Positions 11,675 to 23,947 of a DNA stretch of 64,000 bases are shown piece after piece. Within the stretch, counting starts at the first letter, position 1. Each line of letters starts with the position of its first letter. The notes below the pieces were generated by a model. It ran no database searches. It had not been told where the DNA came from and worked only from the letters and a program-made list of their open reading frames with translations. Source of the stretch: Leucoraja erinacea (lineage: Eukaryota). The position numbers were made by a program, and so were the translations under genes. The stretch covers positions 98,766,001 to 98,830,000 of the forward strand of contig NC_073377.1 of the NCBI RefSeq assembly GCF_028641065.1, given 5' to 3'.

Positions 11675-12525
11675 AGTACAGTACAGGATCAAGCCCTTTG
11701 GCCCACAATGTCCTTGCATAATCTTTTATGCCTGCATGTGACCTATATTCCTCCATTCCCTACATACCTATGTGTTTGTCTAAAAGCATCTTAAATGCCA
11801 CTATCATATCTACTTCAACACCATTCCGGGCAGCAAGTTTCAGGTGTCCACCATTCTGTGTAAATAAAACAAGCATCTCCTGCACATTTCCTTTAAACTT
11901 TGCTCCTCTCACCTTAAAGCTATGCCTTCTAGTCTTTGACATTTCAAACCTTGGACAAGTCTACTGATTGTCTACCCTATCTATGCCTCTCATAATTTTA
12001 TAAATTTCCATCCTGGGGGAGACCTGATAGACCTAACTTCTGACCTAAATGTTAAAAGACCTAACTTCTATTTGGTCTCCTTTCAGCCTCCAACACTCCA
12101 GAGAACCTAATCCAAGTTTGTCCCACCACTCTTTAAACCTAATGCCCTCTGATCTGGGAAGCATTCTGGTAAACCTCTTCTGCACCCCCTCCAAAGATTT
12201 CACATTCTTCCTGTAATGAGGCAACCAGAATTCCACACATTACTCCAAATGCGTCTTAACCAAAGTCCAGTAAAGCTGCAACATGACTTCCTGGCTCTTA
12301 TTCCCAATTCCCCAAACGAAGAAGGCAAGCATGAATTTACCTTACCACTCTATTTACTTCAGGTAGTTTTAGAGTTGAACCCCAAGATCCCTTTGCACAT
12401 CAATGCTAGGTCTTGCCATTAAGTGTATGCTTTCCCCCTACATTCTACTGCTAAAGGTAAAGTGCCTCTTACCTGCATGGATTAAATGTCATCTGCTGTT
12501 TCTCCGACCATTCCCGTAAATAATC
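11675..12525 (-). mobile_element. CR1 3' fragment
   Basis: FWLPHYRK, LEGVQKRFTRMLP and SKTRRHSFKVRG on minus strand. Confidence 0.85.
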
Positions 12526-12701
12526 TGGGAAATCATATGAAAATTATTATTTTTATTTTACCAGTCTAAAGGTTAAGGAAATATTTGCAGGCCAATTTAG
12601 ATGGAGAATTTTCATTCTGAATCTAATAAAATGTTAAAAATGTCTGATATATGTATCACGCACAAATTATTTTATTAATTTATTGCTTCTTTTGAACCAA
12701 G

Positions 12702-12793
12702 GTTTGGTCAGTTTCTCTCTTCTACGTTACCCACTTTTGCAGTCTGTGAAAAGTTTATTATCATGGAAGCTATTAGTGAGGAAAAGGAAGTAG
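12702..12793 (+). CDS. WDFY3: WDFY3 exon F (92 nt)
   Basis: ccaag|G...GTAG|gtgagc (AAG acceptor); FGQFLSSTLPTFAVCEKFIIMEAISEEKEV. Confidence 0.92.
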
Positions 12794-13229
12794 GTGAGCA
12801 GTATATTTTTTATTTTTCTAACTTTTTATGTCTTTGCTGCATGACATATGTTAAACCAATGTCCTCAATTGTCTGTACGCTGTTTCCGTATTGTACTGTA
12901 AAATAAATCTTGATTTTTAATTCCCAACAGTTCTGAGAGCAATTCATGATTGCTATTGCCATTCTATACCACTATTATAAACTAGATTCTCAGAATACAG
13001 TGATATTTCATTTCAGAATTATATCATACTACTTCATTGTACTCTATTAAGATAGTATGAACTTGAACAAAATATCTGAAGTTCTTCTCAATTAGGGTCA
13101 GAATGTTTCTACAGCCATGTGACTTTTGACTAACATTCAAAACTCGGAGATGGGTCATACAGCACAGAAAAAGGCCATCAACCTAGCATGTCCTAGTTGA
13201 CCAATTGTACCAATGTTTACTAGTCTCCA

Positions 13230-13334
13230 CAGTTGTTTTATTGTGGTTGATGTCAGTGACATAGCCTAATTGAAAAAGTATTTTTCAATTAACCTTTGGC
13301 TATGTCACTGACATTAACCACAATAATACAACTG
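13230..13334. mobile_element. Tiny palindromic Tc1/mariner-type MITE
   Basis: CAGTTG...CAACTG; 38-bp arms with 2 mismatches plus an inner 11-bp stem; TA right flank. Confidence 0.7.
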
Positions 13335-13458
13335 TACAGGAATGTGAAATTAGAATTACCATAAAAAGTATAAGATAACTGTCCTACAAGAAATACAAAA
13401 ATAATCAGATGATAACATTCTATTTTCATCAAATTGATAAATAACATGGCTTGTCACC

Positions 13459-14392
13459 TGTGTAGGAAGGAACTGCAGATGCTGGTTTAAACCCGCATGG
13501 GCCCCAGCTATGCCTGCCTTTTGGTAGGGTATATTGAGCTCCAAATCAAAGGCATAGCTATGGGAACTCGCATGGGTCCCAGCTATGCCCGCCTCTTTGT
13601 AGGGTACATTGAACAATCCCTGTTCCAGGTGTACACTGGCCCTATTCCCAATCTCTATCTCCGTTACATTGACGACTGCATTGGTGCTACCTCCTGCACC
13701 CATGCAGAACTCATGGACTTCATTAACTTCACCACCAATTACCGTCCCGCACTCAAATTCACTTAGACCATCTCCGATGCCACCCTCCCATTTCTTGATC
13801 TCACAGTCTCCATCACAGACTATCGACTGATGTCTATTACAAACCCACTGACTCCACAAACTATCTAAACTACACTTCTTCCCACCCTACTTCCTGCAAA
13901 GACTCCTCCTCCTACGCCGCATCTGCGCCCAAGATGATTTATTCCGTACCAGGACATCCGAGATGTCCTCATTCTTTAGGGAACTGGGGTTCCCCTCTCC
14001 CATCCGCCCTTGTTCCCCCTCCCCCTAGTTGTAACAGAGACAAAGTCCCCCTAGTCCTTACCTTTCACTCCATCAGCCGCTGCATACGCAAATAATCCTC
14101 CGACATTTTTGCCACATTCAACAGGATCCCACAACTAGTCACATCTTCCCGTCTCCACCCCTTTCCGCCTTCCATAGAGATCATTCCTTTCACAACTCCC
14201 TAGTTAACTCATCCCTTCCCATCCAAACCACCCCCTCTCCAGGTACCTTCCCCTGCAACCACAGGAGATGCAACATCTGCCCCTATACCTCCTCTCTCAA
14301 CTCTGCCCAGGAACCCCGACAGTCTTTTCAGGTTAGGCAGAGGTGAACTTGCACCTCCTCCAACCCAATCCACTGTATCCGTTGTTCATGAT
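13459..14392 (+). mobile_element. Penelope-like element fragment with inverted terminal piece at its 5' end
   Basis: QIKGIAMGTRMGPSYA and YLRYIDD RT motifs; begins TGTGTAGGAAGGAACTGCAGATGCTGG, the reverse complement of the PLE 3' end seen at 57875-57904. Confidence 0.9.
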
Positions 14393-15473
14393 GTAGAGGT
14401 TGTGCCAAAAAACACATTTTTATTGTATAAATAAATTCTATACGCCCGTCGGAGAGACGGAAGCCCAGTCCGCGGCTCAATCATGTTATATAATTAAATC
14501 TTGCCTCCTCCCTATTGATGTGACTTGGCAAAGTCCCCTACCTGGTTCTTATTTTGAGGCGCTCCAAACTGGTTTGAGTTAAAAAGTTGCCGGGGTCGGA
14601 GCTAGCTCCGCGGCTTTCCAGCGACGAATCTGAATCTGAAAGGCATTGCTGAATCTGAATCTGAATCTGAAATATGGAGTTTCCAAGAAGGGCTGTGGGT
14701 ATAGTGGGAGCATTTTTTCGTCCAAGATCCAAGCCAATGAGTTCCAGACCCGAATGTTCTGGATGTGCACATCAGCTCCCGGTCACTAAAAGCCTGAAAA
14801 ATCATTGCACCTTGCGTTCGACATTAGGGCAATTTTGGATTCAACTTGTCACATCTCCTTGGATCCCGTGGGCTGGATGGAACTTTGCTGTACAACTTGC
14901 TGAGATCAATGGAGACTAAACACTCTGAGAAGGATGAATCATCCATAATTAACTCAGGAAGTTCAGGATTGAAAGAAAGGTGGACAATGATGAAAAATGT
15001 TGGCTGGCCAGAAACTATGAAAACTTTTGAGTTATTTGATGTTATTGGTGCCTACAACCAGGAATCGCAGACTCTAAATAAGGCATTAGATATTCGGGAG
15101 AAGAGAGAGGAGATGAATTGCCAATATGTAAACTATTATTTTGTAATATCTGTAATCCTTCATCATGTCACCACTAGTGAGGCAAACACATCCTGCTTTG
15201 TTTAGCCTTTTAATCCTTCTATCTATCCATGTCTTTAGCATTTCTATCTGACACCAGCTAATTTTCTAATGCTCTCTCTGTCTCCTTTATAACAGTGTAT
15301 TTAAGATTGAATATGCACCCAAATTAATGTTTATTAAGATCGAATTTCTTTTTTACCATTTGTTGTAGAGGCAATCAAGAGTTGTTCAGCCAATTGACGT
15401 ACATAAAAATAATGCTAAATAAAAGGCCGCTCTGCAGTCTGTTTTGAAAAATCTTTTTTTATATATTTGCCAG

Positions 15474-15594
15474 GTGCCGATGATGATTTTGGTGGCCTTG
15501 TTTCAGCCAATACTATTCTACTGAGAAATAGACTCTTGGACGTCTTGCTAAAGCTACTGCATACTTCAAAGGAAAAAAACAATGTTAATCTGCA
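15474..15594 (+). CDS. WDFY3: WDFY3 exon G (121 nt)
   Basis: gccag|GT...CTGCA|gtaggt; GADDDFGGLVSANTILLRNRLLDVLLKLLHTSKEKNNVNLQ. Confidence 0.93.
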
Positions 15595-16120
15595 GTAGGT
15601 TTTACTTAAATTGTATTACCATTTCTTGTTATTTATTCAGTACCTTCAGGATTCCACATTTAGAATTATGAAATCTCTGGTGGGAATTGAATAGTGGCAT
15701 GAGAAATTAAAATGTTATTTACTTTTTGTGTCTTTCAGTTATATTTTCTGGTCATTTTGTAACATTCAAATTAGCTTAATGTGTGTTTGTGTAAGTTATA
15801 TATTTGCCTCAATATTCCTATCAGATGTTAATATTAGCTGGCTGTGACATCAGGAGAAATTCATTCTGACCGCATGTAAATACCAACTTAATCCATAGTG
15901 TTTTTAGCGCGGCATCCTTTCTTCTAGAAGTCCATGGTGCATGACTGAAAAGCCTCTATATTGTTTAGTATTTATTTCTAAATGCAAAATGTATAGATGA
16001 CCTTGCATAAATTCAGCTAAATCACTTGTTACCCATGTTCTGTGCACTTTCAAGTTATTGGTTTAAGCTTACTTTGTCTTTTTACTTTTTTAAATCCACA
16101 CACATTTTCAAAAAATATAG

Positions 16121-16338
16121 AGCTTGTGAAGAATTGGTGAAGGTTTTGGGTTTTGACTGGCTTCTAACTTTCATGGAAGAGCACTTGCATCCCACAACTG
16201 TCACTGCAGCAATGAGAATTCTTGTTATACTACTGAGCAACCAATCGATCCTTGCCAAATTTAAAGAAGGCCTTTCTGGAGGAGGTTGGCTTGACCAGAC
16301 GGACTCTGTTCTCACGAATAAAATTGGCACTGTATTAG
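16121..16338 (+). CDS. WDFY3: WDFY3 exon H (218 nt)
   Basis: atatag|A...TTAG|gtatgt; ACEELVKVLGFDWLLTFMEEHLHPTTVTAAMRILVILLSNQSILAKFKEGLSGGGWLDQTDSVLTNKIGTVLG. Confidence 0.95.
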
Positions 16339-16483
16339 GTATGTGTGACATCTTATGCAAAGTATAGCTGATACATCTGGAATGGTGTTCGTTTGCTTTT
16401 CTGAATTGTTTAATTTCTATTTTATTTGATGTACAATTTTGTTCAGAAGATGTGAAAGGTAGAGTACCGCTGTGTAGTAGTTA

Positions 16484-17045
16484 CAGTGTAGTTACATAAT
16501 GTTTGGGACAAAGACCCATCATTTATTTATTTGCCTCTGTACTCTACAATTTGTAATAGAAAAAAATCACACGTGGTTAAAGTGCACATTGTCAGATTTT
16601 ATTAAAGGGTATTTTTATACATTTTGGTTTCACCATGTGGAAATTACAGCTGTGTTTATACATAGTCCCCTCACTTCAGGGCACCATAATATTTGGGACA
16701 CATGGCTTCGCAGGCATTTATAATTGCTCACGTGTGTTTAGTTGCCTCCTTAATACAGGTATAAGAGAGCCCTCAGCACCTAGTCTTTCCATCACCTTTG
16801 GAAACTTTTATTGCTGTTTATCAACATGAGGACCAAAGATGTGCCATTGAGAATCAAAGACGCCATTATGAGACTATCTGCTCAAGTTCAAACAAATGCC
16901 TCAAAACTCATTGGCCGGAGGTTCATTCTCCAGCAAGACAATTATCCAAAGCATACTGCTAAAACAACAAAGGAGTTTTTCAAAGCTAAAAAATGGCAAA
17001 TAAATAAATGATGGGTCTTTGTCCCAAACATTATGGATGGCACTG
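16484..17045 (+). mobile_element. Internally deleted Tc1 transposon
   Basis: TA-CAGTG...CACTG-TA; ~50-bp TIR (ATAATGTTTGGGACAAAGACCCATCATTTATTTATTTGCC); transposase remnant RRFILQQDNYPKHTAK. Confidence 0.92.
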
Positions 17046-18456
17046 TATGTAACTGGATTAGATGGCTGGAAGCTTTGATTATTAATTATTACTCCAGATA
17101 TTTGTAGTTCATAAAATGAGAAATTAGCACAGTTGTGGATCACACACTCCTCAACAAGTTCATCATCAGTCCTCTGCCTCATCTATTTTTTGTATGGTCC
17201 GCAATATTTCTGAATTAAAAATATTCTGACTTTAGTCCTGAAGGTACTCAATTGACTGAGGATTGGCAGGGGTTTGAATGGAGCATTTGTTATTTTGAGG
17301 GTTGGTAAATGTTAAGATTTTTTTAATTGTTTCATTCCTAGGTACATATCCATTTATTCTTGAGTTCATGTCTACTATCTCAGATTTTCCAGTCAGAGAG
17401 AGAGAACAATGTCTCTCCAAGTAATTCCACCATGGCAATTTGAGAATTTGAAGTTGGGTCATGTGGGATTTGGAACAAGTAGTGAAATCAATAAAAATAA
17501 GTATAAAGCTGCATTATTGTTATAAAAAAACAAATAACAAAGCTGGCCTGAAAATTTGACTTGACAGTTTGATTCTTGATGTTCCAAACTCGTTTCTGGA
17601 GAATAACAGATTATGCATGTCTTGCCTAAAAACATTGCACCCTTTAAAAGTAAACAGATGGCTTGCTGGACATTTAAAACAGATTTGTCCACAAACTGAC
17701 ATTCTGATTAAATTATTATCACTGTAGGCACAATGATATACCCTGACCAGTGTGTTTTACTTACTATTACGCGTGTCTTAACCATTCATGATTACGACTT
17801 TGAAGTGTGATGCATTTACTCATGGAAACTTACTCAATTAGTATTATTTTAGTGTACAATTACAATTATCTGCATCTAGACATTTACAACAAGCAACATA
17901 GTGCTGTTTTCCTAGGAATCCGTTGTGACAAACTGAATTGTAACACAAGTAACCTTAGCATATACCACCTTCCCTAGTCAAGTTTTCGTATATTTTATTA
18001 TGTTTTTTAATGTGTCCAGGTACAAGGGTGTAGGTTTGGAATAATTTTAATCACATAAAATAGACTGATTTTTTTTGAAGAGATGACAAAGATGATTGAT
18101 GACGGTAGGACAGTGAACGAAAAATCTACACGATGAGTCTCATTATGTACTTTTCTCCAATGTCTGCATTTATTACAATATACAGCCACAGTCAAAATCT
18201 CATTTTTGTACTTTCCAATAGCTATTAACTCAAAAATATATATATTGCACCATATTATTGCAAATACAGTTATTTCTTTGATATGGACAAGAATTGCACG
18301 CAAAATAAAAATTTACAGCTCTTATTTATAATATATTTGAATTTTCCAATTGCCATTAATTGTCATGTAGTATTAAGTAGAAACTGCATGCTTGTCACAC
18401 AAAGTCATTATACACTAAATGTTTTTGTAAAAATAACATGATTTTGTGTTTTTTAG

Positions 18457-18647
18457 GTTTCAATGTTGGCAGAATTGCTGGCGGTAGATCAACAGTGCGT
18501 GAAATAAACCGTGATGCTTGTCATATCCCTGGTTTCTCTATTCTGCAGTCATTCCTACCCAAACATACGAATGTGCCTGAGCTATATTTTCTGTTGATGG
18601 CCCTTTTCCTCCAGCAGCCAGTTACTGAACTTCCAGAAAACCTGCAG
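18457..18647 (+). CDS. WDFY3: WDFY3 exon I (191 nt)
   Basis: ttttag|GT...CTGCAG|gtatat; FNVGRIAGGRSTVREINRDACHIPGFSILQSFLPKHTNVPELYFLLMALFLQQPVTELPENLQ. Confidence 0.94.
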
Positions 18648-18807
18648 GTATATAATCTTTATGATTTTAACCTGCTGGTTGTTTACTTTTTGAATAATTG
18701 TCTTTTCCACTATTAAAATGCTTTAGATGTGTTTGAATAATATAAATTACCAACTCTATTTTGCCCTAAATTGATGGGATGAGGTTTCACAAATCTCTAC
18801 AAATACT

Positions 18808-19093
18808 TTTAATTTAGTTTAGTTTCGCGATACAGCACGGAAACAGGCCCTTTGGCCCACCGAGTCTGCATTGACTGGCGATCCCCGTACACTACCACTA
18901 TCCTACGCGCACTAGGGATAATTTACATTTATATCAAGCCAATTAACCTACAAACCTGTACGTCTTTGGAGAGTGGGAAAACCGATGCAGCTCACGGGGA
19001 GAACGTACAAACTCCATACAGACAGTACATATAGTCAGGATTGCACCCGGGTCTCTGGCGCTGTAAGGCAGTAGTTATACCACTGTGCCGCCC
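18808..19093 (-). mobile_element. V-SINE (HE1-like)
   Basis: Same family as 11018-11337. Confidence 0.85.
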
Positions 19094-19879
19094 TGTATTT
19101 AATAATTTTGATATTTAATTCTGTAACCTGAATGGAAACTTTTACAGCTTATTAATATGCAGGTTCACTGATGTACAAGTGGTCACATCTTAATTTCACC
19201 AGCTATTTGTAATAGGCGATCTAGATCACAATTGTTTTATGCTACATGTTACTGCAGCGCATGTATTTCCCCCATTTTTGAATGTTACATTATCAACAGT
19301 AAAAGCTTGCTGCTCATGTGTTAAACAGAATCTGAAACGTTACTGATTGGTTTCTGTAAGCCCAGGAGAGACACATTTTCCACTAATTAGGGAAAAGCAT
19401 TTATGAAACCTCGCACCTTTGAAACCCACATGGAAAAATAATGTGAAAACAAGCTGCAACAAAGGTCTAGTCTAAATGGAGTCAGCAAGAAGTTTACAGT
19501 TTCAGGGCTGCTGGTGTAGGCATGATATCAGAACAAAAATAAATTGTTTATGTCATTATTATAAATGGAGTGTTAGATCTGTAATTTTATCTGCTTCGTT
19601 GTGCTTTATTGTGTTGATTTCATGCGTTCTGTGGGAAGACCAGGCTAGAATCGGTCATTTGGTGCTGTTGTATTAAGAGAATTACCGACCAACCAAATAT
19701 AGTTGGCATTTTCTGAATAGGATTCTGAAATTCAGAGAAATAATTTAATGATAAGTGCAAGTTGAGTGAACACTTTCGCTGGGAAGTTGCTGATTTTCAG
19801 TGTTGCTTTTATTTACTGGGTTGGTAATGTGGCACATTATCTTTCACACTTGGGTAAAAATAGCAACAAACTATTGTCA

Positions 19880-20375
19880 ACGTCAACCATCCAAACTAAT
19901 CACATAACTTTCTCCTACCTATTACTGGAGCACAAGTCTTCACATTTTCAAATGCTGCACATTCAAAGGTAAAGGCTTAGTCTGGGTAAACCCCATCTTC
20001 CTCTCCCCACTCATTATACTTTCCACAGAGACCATGCTCTCTGTGATTCACTGTTCACACATCCCTATTCATTCCTCACCCCTAGCTTTTTACATTGCAC
20101 CATAGGAGATGTAGCACCAGTCTCTACCTCACCTGCCTCGCCTCCGTCTAGGGGGATCTGAATAGCCATTCTAAGTGAAGAAGAGTTTCACATGCACCTC
20201 CTCAAACTGTGTCCATTGCATTTGGTGCTTTCAATGTAGCCATCTCTACATCGGTGAGACCAAAAGCAAACTAAGCAACATCTTTGCGCTCTATACATGA
20301 TAACCATGTTACATGAGGCAGCATCTATGGAGAGAAGGAAATAGGCAACGTTTCGGGTCGAGACACTTCTTCAAT
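19880..20375 (+). mobile_element. Old PLE fragment followed by an inverted PLE terminal piece
   Basis: Degenerate GIY-YIG region (CATCTCTACATCGGTGAGACCAAA = HLYIGETK); GAGGCAGCATCTATGGAGAGAAGG...GTTTCGGGTCGAGAC. Confidence 0.7.
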
Positions 20376-20478
20376 CTCACCATGAAGAGATCATATTCCA
20401 CAGTTCTGTCCAGGCTCATATCAGTTGTAACCTCTGTCACTGTGTTCAGCAGACCCATTTTCATGCAGTGAATGTTTT

Positions 20479-20692
20479 CATAGAAACATAGAAACTAGGT
20501 GCAGGAGGAGGCCATTCGGCCCTTCGAGCCAGCACCGCCATTCATTGTGATCATGGCTGATCGTCCCCTATCAATAACCCATGCATGCCTTCTCCCCATA
20601 TCCCAGACTACACTAGCCCCTAGAGCTCTATATAACTCTCTTAAATCCATCCAGTGACTTGGCCTCCACTGCCCTCGGTGGTAGGGAATTTT
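20479..20692 (-). mobile_element. Short CR1 3' tail
   Basis: (CATAGAAA)2 tail followed by GGCCATTCGGCCCTTCGAGCC. Confidence 0.85.
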
Positions 20693-20714
20693 CTTAAAAT
20701 AAACTAACCCTATC

Positions 20715-21478
20715 AATTCTCTGCGCACTCCAACATTTCTTCCATACCCCGCAACACTGCTCTTTCTCCCCATCCCCCCACTCGCAACAAGGGCAGAGTC
20801 CCCCTAGTCCTCACCTTTCACCCCACCAGCCGTCACATACAAAAAGTAATCCTCCGTCAGTTTCGCCAACTCTAACGTGACCCCACAACTCGCCACATCT
20901 TCCCATCTCCCCCCATATCTGCCTTCCGTAACGCCCGCTCCCTCCATAACTCCCTTGTCAATTCTTCCCTTCCCTCTCTCGTACCACCCCCTTCCCGGGC
21001 ACTTTCCCTTGCAACCGCAAGAGATGCAACACTTGTCCCTTTACCTCCCCGCTCGACTCCGTTCAAGGACCCAAGCAGTCGTTCCAGGTGCGACAGAGGT
21101 TTACCTGCATCTCCTCCAACCTCATCTATTGCATCCGCTGCTCTAGATGTCAGCAGATCTATATCGGTGAGACCAAGCTGAGGTTGGGCGATCATTTAGC
21201 CGAACACCTCCACTCGGTCCGCAATAACCAAGCTGACCTCCCGGTGGCTCAGCACTTCAACTCCCCCTCCCACTCCGTCTCCGACCTGTCTGTCCTGGGT
21301 CTCCTCCATGGCCACAGTGAGCAGCACCAGAAATTGGAGGAACAGCACCTCATATTCCTTGGGGAGTCTGCATCCTGGGGGCATGAACATCGAATTTTCC
21401 CAATTTTGTTAATCCTTGCTATCTCCTCCCCTTCCTTACTCCCCCTGCTGTCTCCTCCCATCCCCCAGCCTTCGGGCA
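20715..21478 (+). mobile_element. Penelope-like element, GIY-YIG endonuclease region
   Basis: FTCISSNLIYCIRCSRCQQIYIGETK...AEHL...PVAQHFNSPSH...EEQHLIF. Confidence 0.92.
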
Positions 21479-21874
21479 CTATCCCAAATCCTTTGTGTCC
21501 TGAAATATATTGATTTCTGCTTTGAATAACATGAGTGACTGAACCTCCACATGTCTCTAGGGTAGAGAATTCTCAAGTTACCCCTTCATCTCAATCCTAA
21601 ATAGCCTATTCCAGTCGATTTTAAGATTGATCCCTGGTCAAGACTCCTCATGCTTTCTGTGTCTAGCCTCTCAAGCCCTGTACTTTGTAAGTTCCCTGAT
21701 TCGTCCAAACTATAACATCTGCAGTTTTCAATCCTTACTCATGCTGGAAACCTATCATTGCTAGAATATTTGCTGGGTTATCTTTTCTTGGGTAATGAGT
21801 GAAAAATTATATAAAGCTCCATATACATTCACACCAAGATCACATATAAATGTGCTAAGATTTCCTTTAACTAA

Positions 21875-22825
21875 ATGGAACTGTGCAGCACAGGAATAAG
21901 CCCTTCAGCCCACAGTGTCCATGCCAATAGACAATAGGTGCAGGAGTAGGCCATTCGGCCCTGCGAGCCAGCACCGCCATTTAATGTGACCATGGCTGAT
22001 CATCCACAATCAGTACACCATTCCTGCCTTCTCCCCATATCCCCTGACTCCGCTATCTATAGGAGCCCTATCTAGCTCTCTCTTAAAAGTATCGCCGAAA
22101 ACGGTGGCAAGTTAAACTAACGGTAATCTCCTCTACCTGAAAGTAACCCATATCCCTCCATTTATCCATGTACCTATCGGAAAACCTGTTAAATGCCACT
22201 ATCGTGTCTCTCCATACCACGGTTAGCACCACATTCCAGGCACACATCTCTGTTTAAAACCTTACCCTGCTCATCTCCTTTAAATTTTGTCCCTCTCACC
22301 GATGCTAAAACTATGCCCTGTGGTCGTTGACTTTTCCAGTCTAGGAGAAAGGTCTGACTGGCACCCCAATCTATACCTTGCTTAATTGTATATATTTCTA
22401 CCAGGTCTCCTCTCAGCCTACAGCATTCCAGAAAAAAAAATTAAAGTTTATCCAACCTCCCCTTGTAGCCAAAGCCTTCTAATCCTGGCAACATTATGGT
22501 ATACCATTTCTGCACCATTTCCAAAGTGTCTATTTCTGCCCTGTAATGGGGTGACCAGAATTGCACACAATACTCAAATGTGTCCCAACCAAAGATTCAT
22601 AAGGCTGCAGCATGACTTTCTGTTATACTCAAAGCCCTGATTGACAAAGGGAAGCAATCCAAAAGCCTTCTTTTCCACTATCTACTTATGTCACCATTTT
22701 CTGTGTGTCATGGACTTGGATCCTTTGATCCTTCTGTACGTCAATGTTGTTAATAGTCTTGCCATTAACTTCACTTTCCCCTTACATCCAACTTCCCAAA
22801 ATGCAGCACCTCACATTTATTAATT
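21875..22825 (-). mobile_element. Old CR1 3' fragment with nested short CR1 tail (~21925-22095)
   Basis: Minus-strand CR1 3' UTR and coding remnants; CAATAGACAATAGG tail of the nested copy. Confidence 0.78.
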
Positions 22826-23760
22826 ATAGATATCATCTGCATAGTAAGTATGCAGATGATACCAAGATAGGGGGGGTTGTGGATAATGAAGAGGATTTCC
22901 AAAGTCTACAGAGTGATTTAGGCCATTTGGAAAAATGGGCTGAAAGATGGCAGATGGAGTTTAATGCTGATAAATGTGAGGTGCTACACCTTGGCAGGAC
23001 AAATCAAAATAGGACGTACATCGTAAATGGTAGGTAATTGAAGAATACAGTTGAACAGAGGGATCTGGGTATATCCGTGCATAGTTCCTTGAAGGTGGAA
23101 TCTCCCTCTCACCGATGCTAAAAACTAAGCTTTTGGTATGTAGCCTTTATAAATCAGTCTTGAGTATAGAAGCTGGATGTAATGTTAAAATTATACAAGG
23201 CATTGGTGCCAAATCTGGATATTTCTGTACAGGTTTCCTCGCCAAATTATAGGAAGGATGTCAACAAAATAGAGAGAGTACAGAGGAGATTTACTAGAAT
23301 GTTGCCTGGGTTTCAGCAACTAAGTTACAGAGAAAGGTTGAACAAGTTAGGGCTTTATTCTTTGGAGTGCAGAAGGTTAAGGGGGGACCTGATAGAGGTC
23401 TTTAAAATGATGAGAGGGATAGACAGAGTTGATGTGGACAAGCTTTTACTTGAGAATAGGGTCCCAAACAAGAGGACATGACTTCATAAGGCTGGGACAG
23501 AAGTTTTAGGGGTATATGAGGGGGAACTTCTTTACGACAGAGGCAAGCGGTCCAATGAGCTCCCTTTGGAACTGGTGGACTTAGGTTCATTGGTATCTTT
23601 AAAAATAAATTGGATAGGCATATGGATCTGTAGGGAATGGTTGGTTATGGTACGAGTGCAGGCAGGTGGGACTAAGGGGAAAAAAATTTGTTCGGCATGG
23701 ACTTGTAGGGCCGAGATGGCCTGTTTCCGTGCTGTAATTGTTATATGGTTATATGGTTAT
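22826..23760 (+). mobile_element. CR1 3' portion with (TTATATGG)n tail
   Basis: SKYADDTKIGG, WQMEFNADKCEVLHLGR, ERVQRRFTRMLPG; tail ends ~50 nt before the exon J acceptor. Confidence 0.9.
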
Positions 23761-23812
23761 TTAAAATGCCAGAGTTACATTTATTAACAAAGCCTGTGTG
23801 TTTTGATTGCAG

Positions 23813-23947
23813 TTTGACCTGGATTCCATTTGGTCGTTTATCTTTGGTGTTCTTGCTTCAAGTGGGACGGTGGTTGCATCTATTCACACTGTGTGTTCAG
23901 AGTCTGCCTTTTTATTGTTGGGAATGCTGAGGAGTATGCTCAATCTT
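23813..23947 (+). CDS. WDFY3: WDFY3 exon J (135 nt)
   Basis: ttgcag|TTT...AATCTT|gtaagt; FDLDSIWSFIFGVLASSGTVVASIHTVCSESAFLLLGMLRSMLNL. Confidence 0.94.

Noticed and set aside
15595-16120. A-rich acceptor of exon H suggesting a U12 intron
   Set aside because: The donor is GTAGGT, not GTATCCTT, and there is no TCCTTAAC branch point.
18380-18395. TGCATG (Rbfox) motifs near several exons
   Set aside because: Frequency is compatible with chance for a hexamer, and the exons appear constitutive.
19605-19660. VLISC-coding stretch as a possible homologue of the human VISC segment or a micro-exon
   Set aside because: Only a 3-4 residue match and no convincing splice sites; likely chance.
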